NCBI RefSeq assembly: GCF_000011465.1
Contig: NC_005072.1
Location: 1,230,001 to 1,262,000 of the forward strand
Origin: Prochlorococcus marinus subsp. pastoris str. CCMP1986
Lineage (GTDB): Bacteria; Cyanobacteriota; Cyanobacteriia; PCC-6307; Cyanobiaceae
Direction: 5' to 3'
DNA: 32,000 nucleotides
Shown: positions 1 through 10,107 of the stretch, in pieces
Numbering within the stretch: the stretch's first letter is position 1
Layout: each line of letters starts with the position of its first letter
Program-made: the position numbers and the translations under genes
The notes under the pieces: model-generated
The model's input: only the letters and a program-made list of their open reading frames with translations
Databases searched by the model: none
Told to the model about the DNA's origin: nothing

Positions 1-308
1 TTATTTTCCCAGTTTACCAATATTAAAGCTTCTTCCTTTTCTTTATCCCAGAATATTTGTCTACCTAAAAAACCAGATTGAATAGATAACCAAGGCTCCC
101 AAACTTCTTTTTCAGCCTGAAGCCATACTTTTTTAAACTCAGAAGGAATCTTAAGTCTTAATTCTTCTGTGACAGGTCCACTTTGATAAGTATCCATGGG
201 AAGAGCATTAAGGGTTGGAGAATTGATTTGAAAAAGAAAAATGAATAGAAAAATAAATAAAAAAGAAAGGTTTTTTATTTTCTCTTTAACATTAAATTTT
301 ATTTTCAT
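1..308 (-). CDS. Partial CDS, C-terminus beyond the left edge; secreted/lipid-anchored-like TIGR03792-type small protein
   Basis: Hand translation of the minus strand from ATG at 308..306 gives [102 protein letters not shown], open to the edge. It has an N-terminal hydrophobic signal and a 4-nt ATGA overlap with the upstream ORF stop. Family name is from recall. Confidence 0.7.
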   Translation of the reverse strand, partial: MKIKFNVKEKIKNLSFLFIFLFIFLFQINSPTLNALPMDTYQSGPVTEELRLKIPSEFKKVWLQAEKEVWEPWLSIQSGFLGRQIFWDKEKEEALILVNWEN

Positions 309-1528
309 TCTTTTTTCTCAAGCAACACTACAGAGTGACAACTTATTCCTTCCTCTCTACCCTCAGGTCCCAATTTCTCATTTGTGGTAGCCTTTATTCC
401 AATAAAACTACCATTAATTTGTAAGGTATTGGAAATATTATTCTTCATTAGTTGCACATGGGGTTTAATTTTTGGTCTTTCAGCCACGATAACGCTATCA
501 ATATTATTAACTTCCCAACCTTCCTTTCTAATTAATTCAATAACTTTAGATAATAAAAATAAACTATCAGCATTTTTCCATTTCTGATCAGATGGTGGGA
601 AATATTTTCCAATATCTCCAAGAGATAGAGCTCCTAATAATGCATCCATTATTGAATGACTAAGAACGTCAGCATCACTATGACCATCAAGTCCTAAATT
701 ATCAGGATGCTGCATCTTAACTCCTCCAATTATTAAGTCCCGCCCCTCCACTAATCTATGAATATCATATCCATTACCTATTCGGAATTTCATTATTTCA
801 TTTGAGTCTCTGTTTATTCTCTTACTTTTTGGTAATTTTTTATAGTCATCATTCGAAATCAAATCATTTCTTCTATCCAAGGTCCTTTCTAACATTTTTT
901 GCTTACGCCATAATTTAATCTCTTCATGATTACCACTAACCAGAATATCTGGTACCCTCATTTCTCTAAAAATTAAAGGTCTAGTGTAATGAGGATATTC
1001 TAATAAAGAAGAATTATGACTCTCATCTATTAAGGAGCCTGGATCTCCTAGGGTTCCTGGTAATAATCTTGTTAAGCCATTTATTATAGATATAGAAGGA
1101 ATTTCGCCACCTGAAAGTACATAATCACCGATAGAAACCTCTTCATCAGCCAAGCATCTAACTCTTTCATCAAAACCTTCGTATTGCCCACAAATAATTA
1201 TCAATTGATCCAAAGAAGACCATCTTAAAAGATCCTGCTGCTTCAAGACTTTACCTTGTGGAGTCATTAATAGAGTTTTACTATTCGGTAATTTATCTAT
1301 TGAATCATGAGCCTTGTAGATCGGTTCTGGTTTTAAAACCATCCCTGAACCTCCCCCGTAAGGCTTATCATCTACTTGCCTATAATTACCTTCTCCGTAT
1401 TCTCTTAAATCGTGCAAGTTAACATTAATCAGATTTTTCTCTAAAGCTCTTGTTATGACCCCTAAATTATTGATTAATTCAAAAGCTTTGGGAAACAACG
1501 TAATTACGTCAAAATTGAAACGAGTCAT
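305..1528 (-). CDS. trmD-ispF: tRNA (guanine-N1)-methyltransferase TrmD fused in frame to 2-C-methyl-D-erythritol 2,4-cyclodiphosphate synthase IspF
   Basis: N-terminal half [13 protein letters not shown]...[18 protein letters not shown]...[12 protein letters not shown]...GDYVLSGGE is TrmD. C-terminal part from 793..791 [18 protein letters not shown]...[23 protein letters not shown]...[14 protein letters not shown] is IspF. No stop codon separates them. Confidence 0.93.
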   Translation of the reverse strand: MTRFNFDVITLFPKAFELINNLGVITRALEKNLINVNLHDLREYGEGNYRQVDDKPYGGGSGMVLKPEPIYKAHDSIDKLPNSKTLLMTPQGKVLKQQDLLRWSSLDQLIIICGQYEGFDERVRCLADEEVSIGDYVLSGGEIPSISIINGLTRLLPGTLGDPGSLIDESHNSSLLEYPHYTRPLIFREMRVPDILVSGNHEEIKLWRKQKMLERTLDRRNDLISNDDYKKLPKSKRINRDSNEIMKFRIGNGYDIHRLVEGRDLIIGGVKMQHPDNLGLDGHSDADVLSHSIMDALLGALSLGDIGKYFPPSDQKWKNADSLFLLSKVIELIRKEGWEVNNIDSVIVAERPKIKPHVQLMKNNISNTLQINGSFIGIKATTNEKLGPEGREEGISCHSVVLLEKKE

Positions 1529-2440
1529 TTAATAATCCACCTCATAACCTAGCTCCATTAATTTTGATTCTTTTTTTCTCCAATTTGGAACAACTTTTAC
1601 AAACAACTCCAAGTGAACTGGACCATTTATTAACTTCTTCATATTTGATCTTGCACTCTGACCGATAGTCTTTAACATCGAACCTTTTTTACCAATAAGA
1701 ATTCCCTTTTGACTTGTTCTCTCAACAATAATTGTAGCCAAAATAGCCGTAAAATTTTTACCCTTATCTCTTTTAATTTCCTTAATTTTTTCTATGTTTA
1801 CTGCAACACTATGGGGAACTTCCTCCCTTGTATTGATTAATACTTGCTCTCTAACTAAATCCGCTAATAAATTATCTAGAGGTTGATCGCATATTGTCTC
1901 TTCCTCGTAAAGCATTGGTCCTATTGGGAGGAAATTTAAAATTATATCAATCAATTCAGAGCACCCATCTCCTTCAGATGCACTTACAATTTGAAAATTT
2001 TTACTATTTCCAAAAACTTTTCTATATTGATCTAATCTTAGACTCTTGAATTCCTTATTCACTAAATCCCATTTATTCAATGCAACAATAAATTCAGTTT
2101 TATTGGCAACTAAAAAATCTTTTATGTATTCATCACCTCTCCCAGGTTCAACACTTGAATCTAGAACTAAAACAACCATATCTACTCCATTTATTGCTGA
2201 TTTTGCATTTTTCACAAGTATTTCGCCTAGAAGATGATGAGGTTTATGTACTCCAGGCGTATCTACAAAAATTATTTGCCCAAATTTTGTAGTAAGTATT
2301 CCTTTTAATTTATTTCTAGTAGTCTGAGCAACAGGAGATGTAATTGTTATTTTCTCTCCAATTAACTTATTTATTAAAGTAGATTTCCCTACATTTGGCC
2401 TTCCTAGTAAAGTTACGAAACCAGATTTATAATTAGTCAA
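1529..2440 (-). CDS. era: GTPase Era
   Basis: GRPNVGKSTL, DTPGVHKP, NKWD motifs and a C-terminal KH region (GILIGKKGSMLKTIGQSAR). Starts at TTG. Confidence 0.95.
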   Translation of the reverse strand: MTNYKSGFVTLLGRPNVGKSTLINKLIGEKITITSPVAQTTRNKLKGILTTKFGQIIFVDTPGVHKPHHLLGEILVKNAKSAINGVDMVVLVLDSSVEPGRGDEYIKDFLVANKTEFIVALNKWDLVNKEFKSLRLDQYRKVFGNSKNFQIVSASEGDGCSELIDIILNFLPIGPMLYEEETICDQPLDNLLADLVREQVLINTREEVPHSVAVNIEKIKEIKRDKGKNFTAILATIIVERTSQKGILIGKKGSMLKTIGQSARSNMKKLINGPVHLELFVKVVPNWRKKESKLMELGYEVDY

Positions 2441-2479
2441 AACTCTTTTAAAATATCCATAATAAAATTCTGATCAAAA

Positions 2480-3007
2480 ATGATAAAAAAAGCTATAAAC
2501 TTAAAAGAAACTTCTTTTACTCAGGCAATAAATATATCTGCTCAATGGTGTAATGAATGGGGAGAAGATCTTTTAAGTGAGGAAGTTTTGGCGGATAGAG
2601 TTGCAGAGCTAATTAAAACAAAAAACGGTTTAAGAGGTTTTTTTGCTTATGCATTGTCAGATCAAAATTGTTATTTATTAGATAAGCTTCCGTTCTCATT
2701 TGTTTTCAAACTTCAAGAAGCTGGAAATGATGTAGTCGAAATAGTAGTTAAAAATCTAATTATGAGCTCTGCCCAAATAATTGTTCATGAAAGTGATAAT
2801 AATCTTGAATATAAATCTAATTCGGAAAATATATCAGAGAGATGTAAAAGCATTTTGCGAGTTTTAGAAACTAAGTCTGTTACTAAAAATATTAATCAAA
2901 TAATGAATAATTTAGACAATCTTGGAAATAGCTTCGATAATTCAAAAAAATATAATGAAAAGCAAAAGCAATTTATAAAGCATCAAATTCTTGATATTGC
3001 AAAGTAA
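2480..3007 (+). CDS. Conserved hypothetical protein, 175 aa
   Basis: Complete ATG-initiated ORF in its own space, diverging from era and followed by a strong hairpin. No recognised domain. Confidence 0.75.
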   Translation: MIKKAINLKETSFTQAINISAQWCNEWGEDLLSEEVLADRVAELIKTKNGLRGFFAYALSDQNCYLLDKLPFSFVFKLQEAGNDVVEIVVKNLIMSSAQIIVHESDNNLEYKSNSENISERCKSILRVLETKSVTKNINQIMNNLDNLGNSFDNSKKYNEKQKQFIKHQILDIAK

Positions 3008-3033
3008 AAAAGCGTAGATAGTTCTACGCTTTT
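3008..3033. terminator. Probable bidirectional terminator hairpin
   Basis: AAAAGCGTAGA-TAGT-TCTACGCTTTT: perfect 11-bp stem with 4-nt loop, T-tract on both strands, between two convergent genes. Confidence 0.85.
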
Positions 3034-3062
3034 AGATATAAAAATTAAGTTAAAATTATTTT

Positions 3063-3800
3063 TTAATTTCTTCTTCCACCACCTTGAAGTGCAATCATCA
3101 ATCTTAAAATAAATACAAATAGATTTATGTAGGTTAAATACATACCTAATGCTCCGGCTAGATATTGATCGTCACTATATCTTCTTGGCATTGTGTAAAA
3201 ATCTAAAAAAGACATCGCAACGAATAAAACTGTTCCAAATCCTGCAATCATCAATTCAAGACCTGAACCTCCAAAAACACCTGGAGCAAAGAATCCTCCA
3301 ATTAATTGAACAAACATTGCTATCAACAAACCAATCAAGCCAAGTCCAACAACTCCGCTAAGAGCTTGTCCCACGCTATCGCTCATCCTTTGTCCTGTGT
3401 AAGAAGCTATTACAAAAGTGATCCCCGTTGCCAATGCTGCTGTGCCAACAGATCCGATTCCAATTGTCCCAATGGCCAAAGCAACTATGCCACTTAACGT
3501 AAATCCTGTTAACAAACTGAATCCAGTTAACAAAGGTAATGCTTTTGCATTATTAGCATTGTTGGCTGCACTTGTTGCAATGAAGAATAAAACCAATTCA
3601 GCTATTAAAGCAACAATAGAAAGAGGTTGAAATAGTGAAGGATTTGTTGCTATCAGTGAGACACCTGCCAATACACCTAAAGAAGTTAAAACCATTCCAC
3701 CACCTACATAGGGAAGAGCTTTCTGTACTACATTTGGTCCAACGATTGAGCTAGTTTGAGCATCGCGAATAGCTTGATTAAAATTACTGCTTGCTGGCAT
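3063..3800 (-). CDS. Bax inhibitor-1/YccA-family integral membrane protein
   Basis: Multi-TM protein with the family-like C-terminus FLDFYTMPRRYSDDQYLAGALGMYLTYINLFVFILRLM. Confidence 0.8.
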   Translation of the reverse strand: MPASSNFNQAIRDAQTSSIVGPNVVQKALPYVGGGMVLTSLGVLAGVSLIATNPSLFQPLSIVALIAELVLFFIATSAANNANNAKALPLLTGFSLLTGFTLSGIVALAIGTIGIGSVGTAALATGITFVIASYTGQRMSDSVGQALSGVVGLGLIGLLIAMFVQLIGGFFAPGVFGGSGLELMIAGFGTVLFVAMSFLDFYTMPRRYSDDQYLAGALGMYLTYINLFVFILRLMIALQGGGRRN

Positions 3801-3874
3801 TTTTATACCTTTTTATTTAATTATATTCTATCTAACTTTTTATATTTCAGTGTACGGATCACCCGAGTAATAGT

Positions 3875-4831
3875 TTATTCATAGGCCTTAATAATTTTCT
3901 GGACTAATGGATGGCGAACTACATCATCAATAGTTAAATAACAAAACTTTATTCCTTCGATATTAGAGAAAATTTTTGATGCTTCAACTAAACCACTTAA
4001 CTGATCATTTTTTAGATCAATTTGAGTGATATCACCATTTATAACCATCTTTGATCTTTCCCCTAACCTAGTTAAAAACATTCTCATTTGAGAAGTGGTA
4101 GTATTTTGAGCTTCATCTAAAATAATCAAAGAATTATCTAAGGTTCTACCTCTCATAAATGCTAATGGTGCGACTTCAATAATGCCTTTATCAATTAATG
4201 AATTTGTTTTATCATATCCAAAAATACTATGTAGAGAATCAAATAAAGGGCGTAAGTATGGATCAACTTTTTGCTGTAAATCTCCAGGCAAAAAACCTAA
4301 ATTCTCACCAGCCTCTACGGCTGGTCTTGTTAAAACAATTTTTTCAATTTTTTTCTCATTTAATAATCTGGCGGCACAAACAGTTGCTAAAAATGTTTTA
4401 CCTGTTCCTGCTGGACCAATAGCAAAAGTTAAATCAAAGTTCTCTATAGATTCAACGTATTCTTTTTGACTTATAGTTCTAGGCCTTAAATATCTACCCT
4501 CTTTTGAACGAGCTAGAATCTTTTTTCCAAGTTCAGCATGAGAAGAAGATTCTCCCATATTTAAAGAACTCAGAGCAGCCTTAAGATCCACTTCTGGGAC
4601 TTCTAATCCTTGTTCCCAAATTGGTCTTGTTAGCTCTACCAATGCAGACGCCCTCTCAAGTTTAGGTATTACTCCATTCAATTCAAGTTGTAAACCTCTA
4701 ATAGTTAAGGAGACACCAGTAAGAGATTCAAATTTTTTTAAAAAAGAATTTCCAGGACCAGATAATGCAGTAGCAGCATCTGAACTTGGCAAATCTATAG
4801 TGAAGTGACCAGTTTTGGAAACTTCTTTCAT
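3875..4831 (-). CDS. phoH: PhoH-family ATPase
   Basis: FAIGPAGTGKTFLA, LTRPAVEAGENLGFLPGDLQQKVDPYLRPL, IILDEAQNTT, FLTRLGERSKMVINGDITQIDL motifs. Confidence 0.95.
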   Translation of the reverse strand: MKEVSKTGHFTIDLPSSDAATALSGPGNSFLKKFESLTGVSLTIRGLQLELNGVIPKLERASALVELTRPIWEQGLEVPEVDLKAALSSLNMGESSSHAELGKKILARSKEGRYLRPRTISQKEYVESIENFDLTFAIGPAGTGKTFLATVCAARLLNEKKIEKIVLTRPAVEAGENLGFLPGDLQQKVDPYLRPLFDSLHSIFGYDKTNSLIDKGIIEVAPLAFMRGRTLDNSLIILDEAQNTTTSQMRMFLTRLGERSKMVINGDITQIDLKNDQLSGLVEASKIFSNIEGIKFCYLTIDDVVRHPLVQKIIKAYE

Positions 4832-4865
4832 CTAATTAATAAATAATAATAAGTTTGACAATTTT

Positions 4866-5210
4866 TTAGCTTTCAGCTTCTTTACTATCACTTTCAGCCT
4901 CTTTACTCTTGGCTTTTGCAATCTTTTCTTTTTCTAATTTAGCCTTACCAATAGCTATGGAAGGTCTAACTTTCTTTTCTAGTAATCCACCTTTTTCTAA
5001 TAAAGTTCTTACAACATCGGTAGGTTGTGCTCCCTGAGTAAGCCTGATTCTTAATGCTTCTGTATCAAGCCTAGTTTCTTTAGTTCTTGGATTGTAAAAA
5101 CCTAACTCTTGAAGAGGTCTTCCATCTCTTCTAGAAGTACTATTGCATGCAACGATCCTAAAACTTGCTTCTTTTTTCTTTCCAAAGCGCTTAAGGCGCA
5201 ATTTAATCAT
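4866..5210 (-). CDS. rpsP: 30S ribosomal protein S16
   Basis: [41 protein letters not shown]. Confidence 0.96.
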   Translation of the reverse strand: MIKLRLKRFGKKKEASFRIVACNSTSRRDGRPLQELGFYNPRTKETRLDTEALRIRLTQGAQPTDVVRTLLEKGGLLEKKVRPSIAIGKAKLEKEKIAKAKSKEAESDSKEAES

Positions 5211-5264
5211 TTTAAATTAGTACAGATTATTTAATAATATCATTTGAAGGTAGCTATTAATAAA

Positions 5265-6761
5265 CTATAAATCCCCAAAGCCTTTTTTCTTTTTATTAGA
5301 TTTTTGTTTTTTAAACGATTTATTACTATTTCCTCCTCCCATTCCTGGCATCCCTCCCATTCCTGGCATCCCACCCATTCCTGGCATTCCACCCATTCCT
5401 GGCATCCCACCCATTCCTGGCATCCCACCCATTCCTGGCATCCCACCCATTCCTGGCATTCCACCATTTGACATTTGTTTCATAAAACCTCTCATTCTTT
5501 GAAAATCAGCAAGTACTTTATCAACATCTTTTGCTTGATATCCACTGCCTTGTGCAATCCTTTGTCTTCTTGATGGTTGAGCCGCAAGGACTTCTGGCTT
5601 TTGCTTTTCTTCTAAAGTCATAGAGGAGATCATTGATTCAATTTTTTTTAATTGTTCTTCCCCATTTTTTATCATTCCATCATCTATTTTATTCATCCCT
5701 GGTATTAATTTAATTAAGCCTCCAAGTGATCCCATTCTCTTCATTAATCTCATTTGCTTAACAAAATCATTAAAATCAAAAGTTGCCTCTTGAAGTTTCT
5801 TTTGCATTACTTCCGCATCAGCAAGCTCAACTTCTTTTTGTGCCTTTTCAACAAGTGTTAAGACGTCTCCCATGCCAAGAATTCTGCTTGCCATTCTTTC
5901 TGGATGGAATGGCTGTAATGCTTCTATCTTTTCACCAGTACCTATAAATTTGATTGGTTTTCCACTTATTTTTCTTATTGAAAGAGCAGCTCCACCTCTT
6001 GAATCCCCATCCAACTTTGTTAATATTGCCCCTGTTATACCAACTTTTTCATGAAATGACTTCGTCAAATCAGCTGCTTCTTGACCAATCATAGAATCTA
6101 CAACCAGTAAAACTTCATCAGGCTTTGTAACCTGTTTTATTCGAACCATTTCGCCCATCATTGATTCATCTATTTGCAATCTTCCAGCAGTATCAACAAT
6201 TAAGGTATCTATATTATTTGCGTTGGCATAACTTAAAGCATCCCTTGCTATTTCTTCAGGCTTACTATTTTTTTCTTTCGCTGAGAAAACTTCAAGATCA
6301 TATTGATTACCAATTGTCTTAAGTTGTTCAACAGCTGCAGGCCTATAAATATCAGCTGCAACTAATAAAACCTTTTCTTCTTTCTCCTTCAAATAAAGGC
6401 CTAACTTACCTGTTGCTGTTGTTTTCCCAGCACCTTGTAAACCTGCCATCAAAATAACAGTCGGTGTCGTTTCTTTTTTATTTAATGGAGAATTTTCATT
6501 TCCCATAATATTTATTAATTCTTTGTTAACTACTTCTATAAATTTCTGTCCGGGATTAACACCTCTTACGACTTCTTCTCCAATAGCTTTATCTTTTACA
6601 TCTGAAACAAATTCTTTAACCACCGATAAACTAACATCAGCATCTAATAATGCTTTTTTGACTTGCTTTAAAGCATCATCAATATTATTTTCGCTAATTT
6701 TTGCTTCACCTCTTAAACCCTTTACGGCGTCTTCAAAGCGTGAAGAAAGTTCATCAAACAT
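5265..6761 (-). CDS. ffh: Signal recognition particle protein Ffh (SRP54)
   Basis: GLQGAGKTTATGKL, DTAGRLQIDE, TKLDGDSRGGAAL motifs; methionine-rich M domain and a (GMPGMG)n tail. Confidence 0.97.
   Translation of the reverse strand: MFDELSSRFEDAVKGLRGEAKISENNIDDALKQVKKALLDADVSLSVVKEFVSDVKDKAIGEEVVRGVNPGQKFIEVVNKELINIMGNENSPLNKKETTPTVILMAGLQGAGKTTATGKLGLYLKEKEEKVLLVAADIYRPAAVEQLKTIGNQYDLEVFSAKEKNSKPEEIARDALSYANANNIDTLIVDTAGRLQIDESMMGEMVRIKQVTKPDEVLLVVDSMIGQEAADLTKSFHEKVGITGAILTKLDGDSRGGAALSIRKISGKPIKFIGTGEKIEALQPFHPERMASRILGMGDVLTLVEKAQKEVELADAEVMQKKLQEATFDFNDFVKQMRLMKRMGSLGGLIKLIPGMNKIDDGMIKNGEEQLKKIESMISSMTLEEKQKPEVLAAQPSRRQRIAQGSGYQAKDVDKVLADFQRMRGFMKQMSNGGMPGMGGMPGMGGMPGMGGMPGMGGMPGMGGMPGMGGMPGMGGGNSNKSFKKQKSNKKKKGFGDL
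5340..5465. repeat. In-frame 18-bp tandem repeat, 7 units, within ffh
   Basis: + strand unit CATTCCTGGCATCCCACC and close variants x7; encodes MPGMGG x7 on the minus strand. Confidence 0.97.
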
Positions 6762-6810
6762 TATTTATTATTATTTCTTTAAGTATTATAAATGATACTA
6801 AAACTCAATC

Positions 6811-8919
6811 CTAAACACCACTAATGTAGTCAACTAATTTCCAGGAGTTATTTGAGAAACCTAAAATATATTTAACTTTCAAAAAAGGAGTGAAAGTTGT
6901 TTCATTTATCAATTCCCCATCTATTTTTAATATTTTTTCTGAATACTTTAAGTCAACTGATACTGATATTCTTGATGCCGTTTGAGTTAAAAGTACAATA
7001 TTTTCGATATTAGCATTGATATTTTTGTAGATACCTTTTTGAATATCAAGTTCTCTTTCCTTCTTTAATCTATCAATCAAATCATCTTGAACTATCTTTG
7101 ATAAATTAATTTCACCTTTTCCTGCTAGAAATTTACTTTTGTTAACAAGCCATGTATTAATTAAATTTTCTATTTTTTCTAAGGAGGGAGAAGCAGTTTT
7201 TATTTCTTCACCTGAAAAAATAACTTTTTCTGCATTATCTGAGAGAATAATTTTTGAGTTATCGAGAACTTTCTTTTTATCATCTTGATTTAAACCTTCA
7301 TAAAAGACATTCTTATTTTCATTTATCGATAACGAGTTATCAATTATTTCTTTTTCCTGCACGGGTTTTTTGAGATTATTTCTTACAAATCCAACACCTA
7401 GGCCAAAAGCAAATAAAATCAAAAAAGCATACAGATATGTTAGGTAGGAAGATTTATTAAATATTCTGTAGTTCTCTAAGGCTTCTCCAAATACAAATTT
7501 TAATTCAGCAATTTTTTCTATTGCGTACTTATAAAATTCTATTGATTTGTTTTTAATAATCTCATCTGTATAAATATTTTCTTCAATAACTTCTTGACCA
7601 TCTTCTCTTACTCCTCCAGGCAAAGGTAATCGGCCTTCTTCAAAATTATCCGAATTTAAATCAGGGCCCGTACTTGAATCTTTTAAAGATTCTTGGGCTT
7701 GAAAAATAGGTTTATTTTGAGGCCCAGACTTAAACACAGTTCTATTTGACTTCTTTTCTATTTGCTCAATAAATTCTTGGATTTCTCTATCTTCAAACCA
7801 AGAGTCTAAATCGATTTCTTTTAAATCAATATCCCTATAACCAACCAAAACATCATTTTCTAACCAATTTTTACAAAAAATACATATTGCTTCTAATTTT
7901 TCTCCAGGATAATTATTCAACCAATCTCTTAACTTCTCATCGGAACTACTTAAAAACCTTGCTGAGGATTGCTCAACATCTGCTAAAAGCAAATCAAGGC
8001 AACCTATTAATGGCATTGAGTCAAGTCCTGATAAATTTAGTTTTTTTAATATTTTTCGAGCTTCGAATAATTTTGCAGGTTTTCTTCTTGCAAAACCAAT
8101 TGCTGTTAAAGATAAAAAAGCTAAAAATCCTGCTTCACTTGAACCCCTTTTTTGTAATTCTAAAAATAAATCTATCTGATCCTGAACAGTCAAGAATGGC
8201 TTTATTTGTTGAAAGAAAGATTCAAATTCTTGCTGATTTAGAAAATCATTATATTCAGATTTATTTTTTCCTTCTAATCCACCTCTTTTGATTATTAAAT
8301 TTTCCAGCATACTTAAACCTTTTTTATGCGAGTCATAATCATTTAGATCTCTACTTAACAAATCAAGAATTCGATACGGAAGAAGCGACACTAAGTCCTC
8401 CTCAAGAGTTTTCCGTAATTCCCCTAGTTTGCCCATTCTTTGAAGAAGCTGTATGCCTTCTTGTAAAAAATCTGCAGCATTTGAGTAAGATCTTTGATCT
8501 TGCTCTTGTATTGCAGCATCTCTAGATGTTAAAGCCGCTAACAAGGTAAGATCAGCTTCTCTACTGCTACCCAATGCAGGAGTTTGGGGGGGTTGCAATG
8601 CTTTTCTTGTTATTTTAAAGGCTTCTTTAGAAGAGCCCGATTCCCAAAGGAGAATTAATCCTGCAACCTCTCTATTGGAAGATAAATCTAAACCTGATGC
8701 TCCATTTAGTAATAAATTTTCGTAATCTCTTCTACTATCTGGATCTGTAAGCAAATCTGCAGTAAGGCGAAGCAATTCCGACCTTTGAGTTAAAACCTCG
8801 TACGTGAATCCTTCATCAGGAGTTTTATCCAAGCGTAATTGGAAAGCCCTTAATATTTCCTCAGATGTTGCTGAGGGGCTTACGCCTATTAAACGAAAGT
8901 GATCTAATGGAAGTTCCAA
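6811..8919 (-). CDS. ftn2: Cell division protein Ftn2/ZipN (ARC6-like), DnaJ-like N-terminus, single TM, C-terminal domain
   Basis: DHFRLIGVSPSATSEEILRAFQLRLDKTPDEGFTYEVLTQRSELLRLTADLLTDPDSRRDYE plus a TM segment (LYAFLILFAFGLGVGFV) and C-terminal ARC6-type region. Confidence 0.88.
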   Translation of the reverse strand: MELPLDHFRLIGVSPSATSEEILRAFQLRLDKTPDEGFTYEVLTQRSELLRLTADLLTDPDSRRDYENLLLNGASGLDLSSNREVAGLILLWESGSSKEAFKITRKALQPPQTPALGSSREADLTLLAALTSRDAAIQEQDQRSYSNAADFLQEGIQLLQRMGKLGELRKTLEEDLVSLLPYRILDLLSRDLNDYDSHKKGLSMLENLIIKRGGLEGKNKSEYNDFLNQQEFESFFQQIKPFLTVQDQIDLFLELQKRGSSEAGFLAFLSLTAIGFARRKPAKLFEARKILKKLNLSGLDSMPLIGCLDLLLADVEQSSARFLSSSDEKLRDWLNNYPGEKLEAICIFCKNWLENDVLVGYRDIDLKEIDLDSWFEDREIQEFIEQIEKKSNRTVFKSGPQNKPIFQAQESLKDSSTGPDLNSDNFEEGRLPLPGGVREDGQEVIEENIYTDEIIKNKSIEFYKYAIEKIAELKFVFGEALENYRIFNKSSYLTYLYAFLILFAFGLGVGFVRNNLKKPVQEKEIIDNSLSINENKNVFYEGLNQDDKKKVLDNSKIILSDNAEKVIFSGEEIKTASPSLEKIENLINTWLVNKSKFLAGKGEINLSKIVQDDLIDRLKKERELDIQKGIYKNINANIENIVLLTQTASRISVSVDLKYSEKILKIDGELINETTFTPFLKVKYILGFSNNSWKLVDYISGV

Positions 8920-9068
8920 ACAAATATCCTATTGAAAATCCTTTAGATGAATTTTATCAATTTATATTTTTTTTTCATAATGTCTTGGAGAGTTATTAAA
9001 AAAAAACATGAAAATCGTCCATTGAGGCTTAGAATGTTAACAAACCAAAACTTCATTAAGGTATTTTC

Positions 9069-10106
9069 TTGGAAACACACGTAGAGAGAATTTCAAATCT
9101 TCAGGACTTTAAAAAAGCGAAGTTAGATCGTGAAACCGGATTATTTCTCTATGAAGACATGACGCTTGGTAGAAGATTTGAAGATAAATGTGCTGAGATG
9201 TACTACAGAGGTAAGATGTTTGGTTTTGTACACCTTTATAACGGCCAAGAAGCAATCAGTACTGGAGTGATTGGAGCAATGAAAAGGAAGCATGACTGGT
9301 TTTGTAGTACTTATCGCGATCATGTTCATGCGCTTAGTGCAGGTGTTCCATCTTTTGAAGTAATGAGTGAATTATTCGGTAAAGCAACAGGATGCAGTAA
9401 AGGCAGAGGTGGTTCTATGCATTTGTTCTCAAAGGAACATCATTTATTAGGAGGATATGCTTTTATTGGAGAAGGTATTCCAGTTGCTTTGGGATCAGCT
9501 TTTTCAAGTAAATACAAAAAAGAAGTTGTAGGTGACAATCAAAGTGACTCTGTAACAGCTGCTTTCTTTGGAGATGGTACTTGTAATAATGGACAATTCT
9601 TTGAATGTTTGAATATGGCTCAATTATGGAAATTACCAATTATTTTTGTAGTTGAAAATAATAAATGGGCTATTGGCATGGCTCATGACAGAGCCACAAG
9701 CAACCCAGAAATATGGAGAAAAGCATCAGCTTTCGGTATGCATGGTGAAGAAGTTGATGGGATGGATGTATTAGCTGTGAGGGGAGCTGCTCAAAGAGCT
9801 GTTGAAAGAGCAAGAGCTGGAGAGGGTCCAACATTACTGGAATGTTTAACTTACAGATTCAGAGGTCATTCTTTAGCCGACCCAGATGAATTAAGAGCTG
9901 AGGAAGAGAAGGAATTCTGGGCCAAAAGGGACCCTATTAAGAAATTAGCTAATCAGATCATAGAAGGAAATTTTGCTCAAGAGGAGGAATTAAAGAGTAT
10001 AGAGAAAAAAATAGATTTAGAAATCTCTGAATCTGTTAAAAATGCTCTAGATGCTCCAGAACCGCCTTCTAACGAATTAACTAAATATATTTGGGCTGAA
10101 GATTAA
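9069..10106 (+). CDS. pdhA: Pyruvate dehydrogenase E1 component alpha subunit
   Basis: [65 protein letters not shown] start; an in-frame stop TAA at 9057-9059 rules out a longer form. Confidence 0.95.
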   Translation: METHVERISNLQDFKKAKLDRETGLFLYEDMTLGRRFEDKCAEMYYRGKMFGFVHLYNGQEAISTGVIGAMKRKHDWFCSTYRDHVHALSAGVPSFEVMSELFGKATGCSKGRGGSMHLFSKEHHLLGGYAFIGEGIPVALGSAFSSKYKKEVVGDNQSDSVTAAFFGDGTCNNGQFFECLNMAQLWKLPIIFVVENNKWAIGMAHDRATSNPEIWRKASAFGMHGEEVDGMDVLAVRGAAQRAVERARAGEGPTLLECLTYRFRGHSLADPDELRAEEEKEFWAKRDPIKKLANQIIEGNFAQEEELKSIEKKIDLEISESVKNALDAPEPPSNELTKYIWAED

Positions 10107-10107
10107 A

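Noticed and set aside
3149-3630. Plus-strand ORFs of 60-70 aa opposite the YccA-family gene
   Set aside because: Antisense shadows of a clearly coding minus-strand gene; low-complexity, no family features.
5340-5465. Possible CRISPR-like array
   Set aside because: Direct repeats are contiguous, 18 bp, with no spacers, and lie in frame in ffh.
5240-5467. 75-aa ORF with (VGCQEW)n
   Set aside because: Alternative-frame reading of the 18-bp ffh repeat, kept open by the repeat itself.
7887-8291. 134-aa plus-strand ORF opposite ftn2
   Set aside because: Antisense to a convincing 702-aa Ftn2/ARC6 protein; Leu/Ile-rich composition is expected from AT-rich antisense reading.
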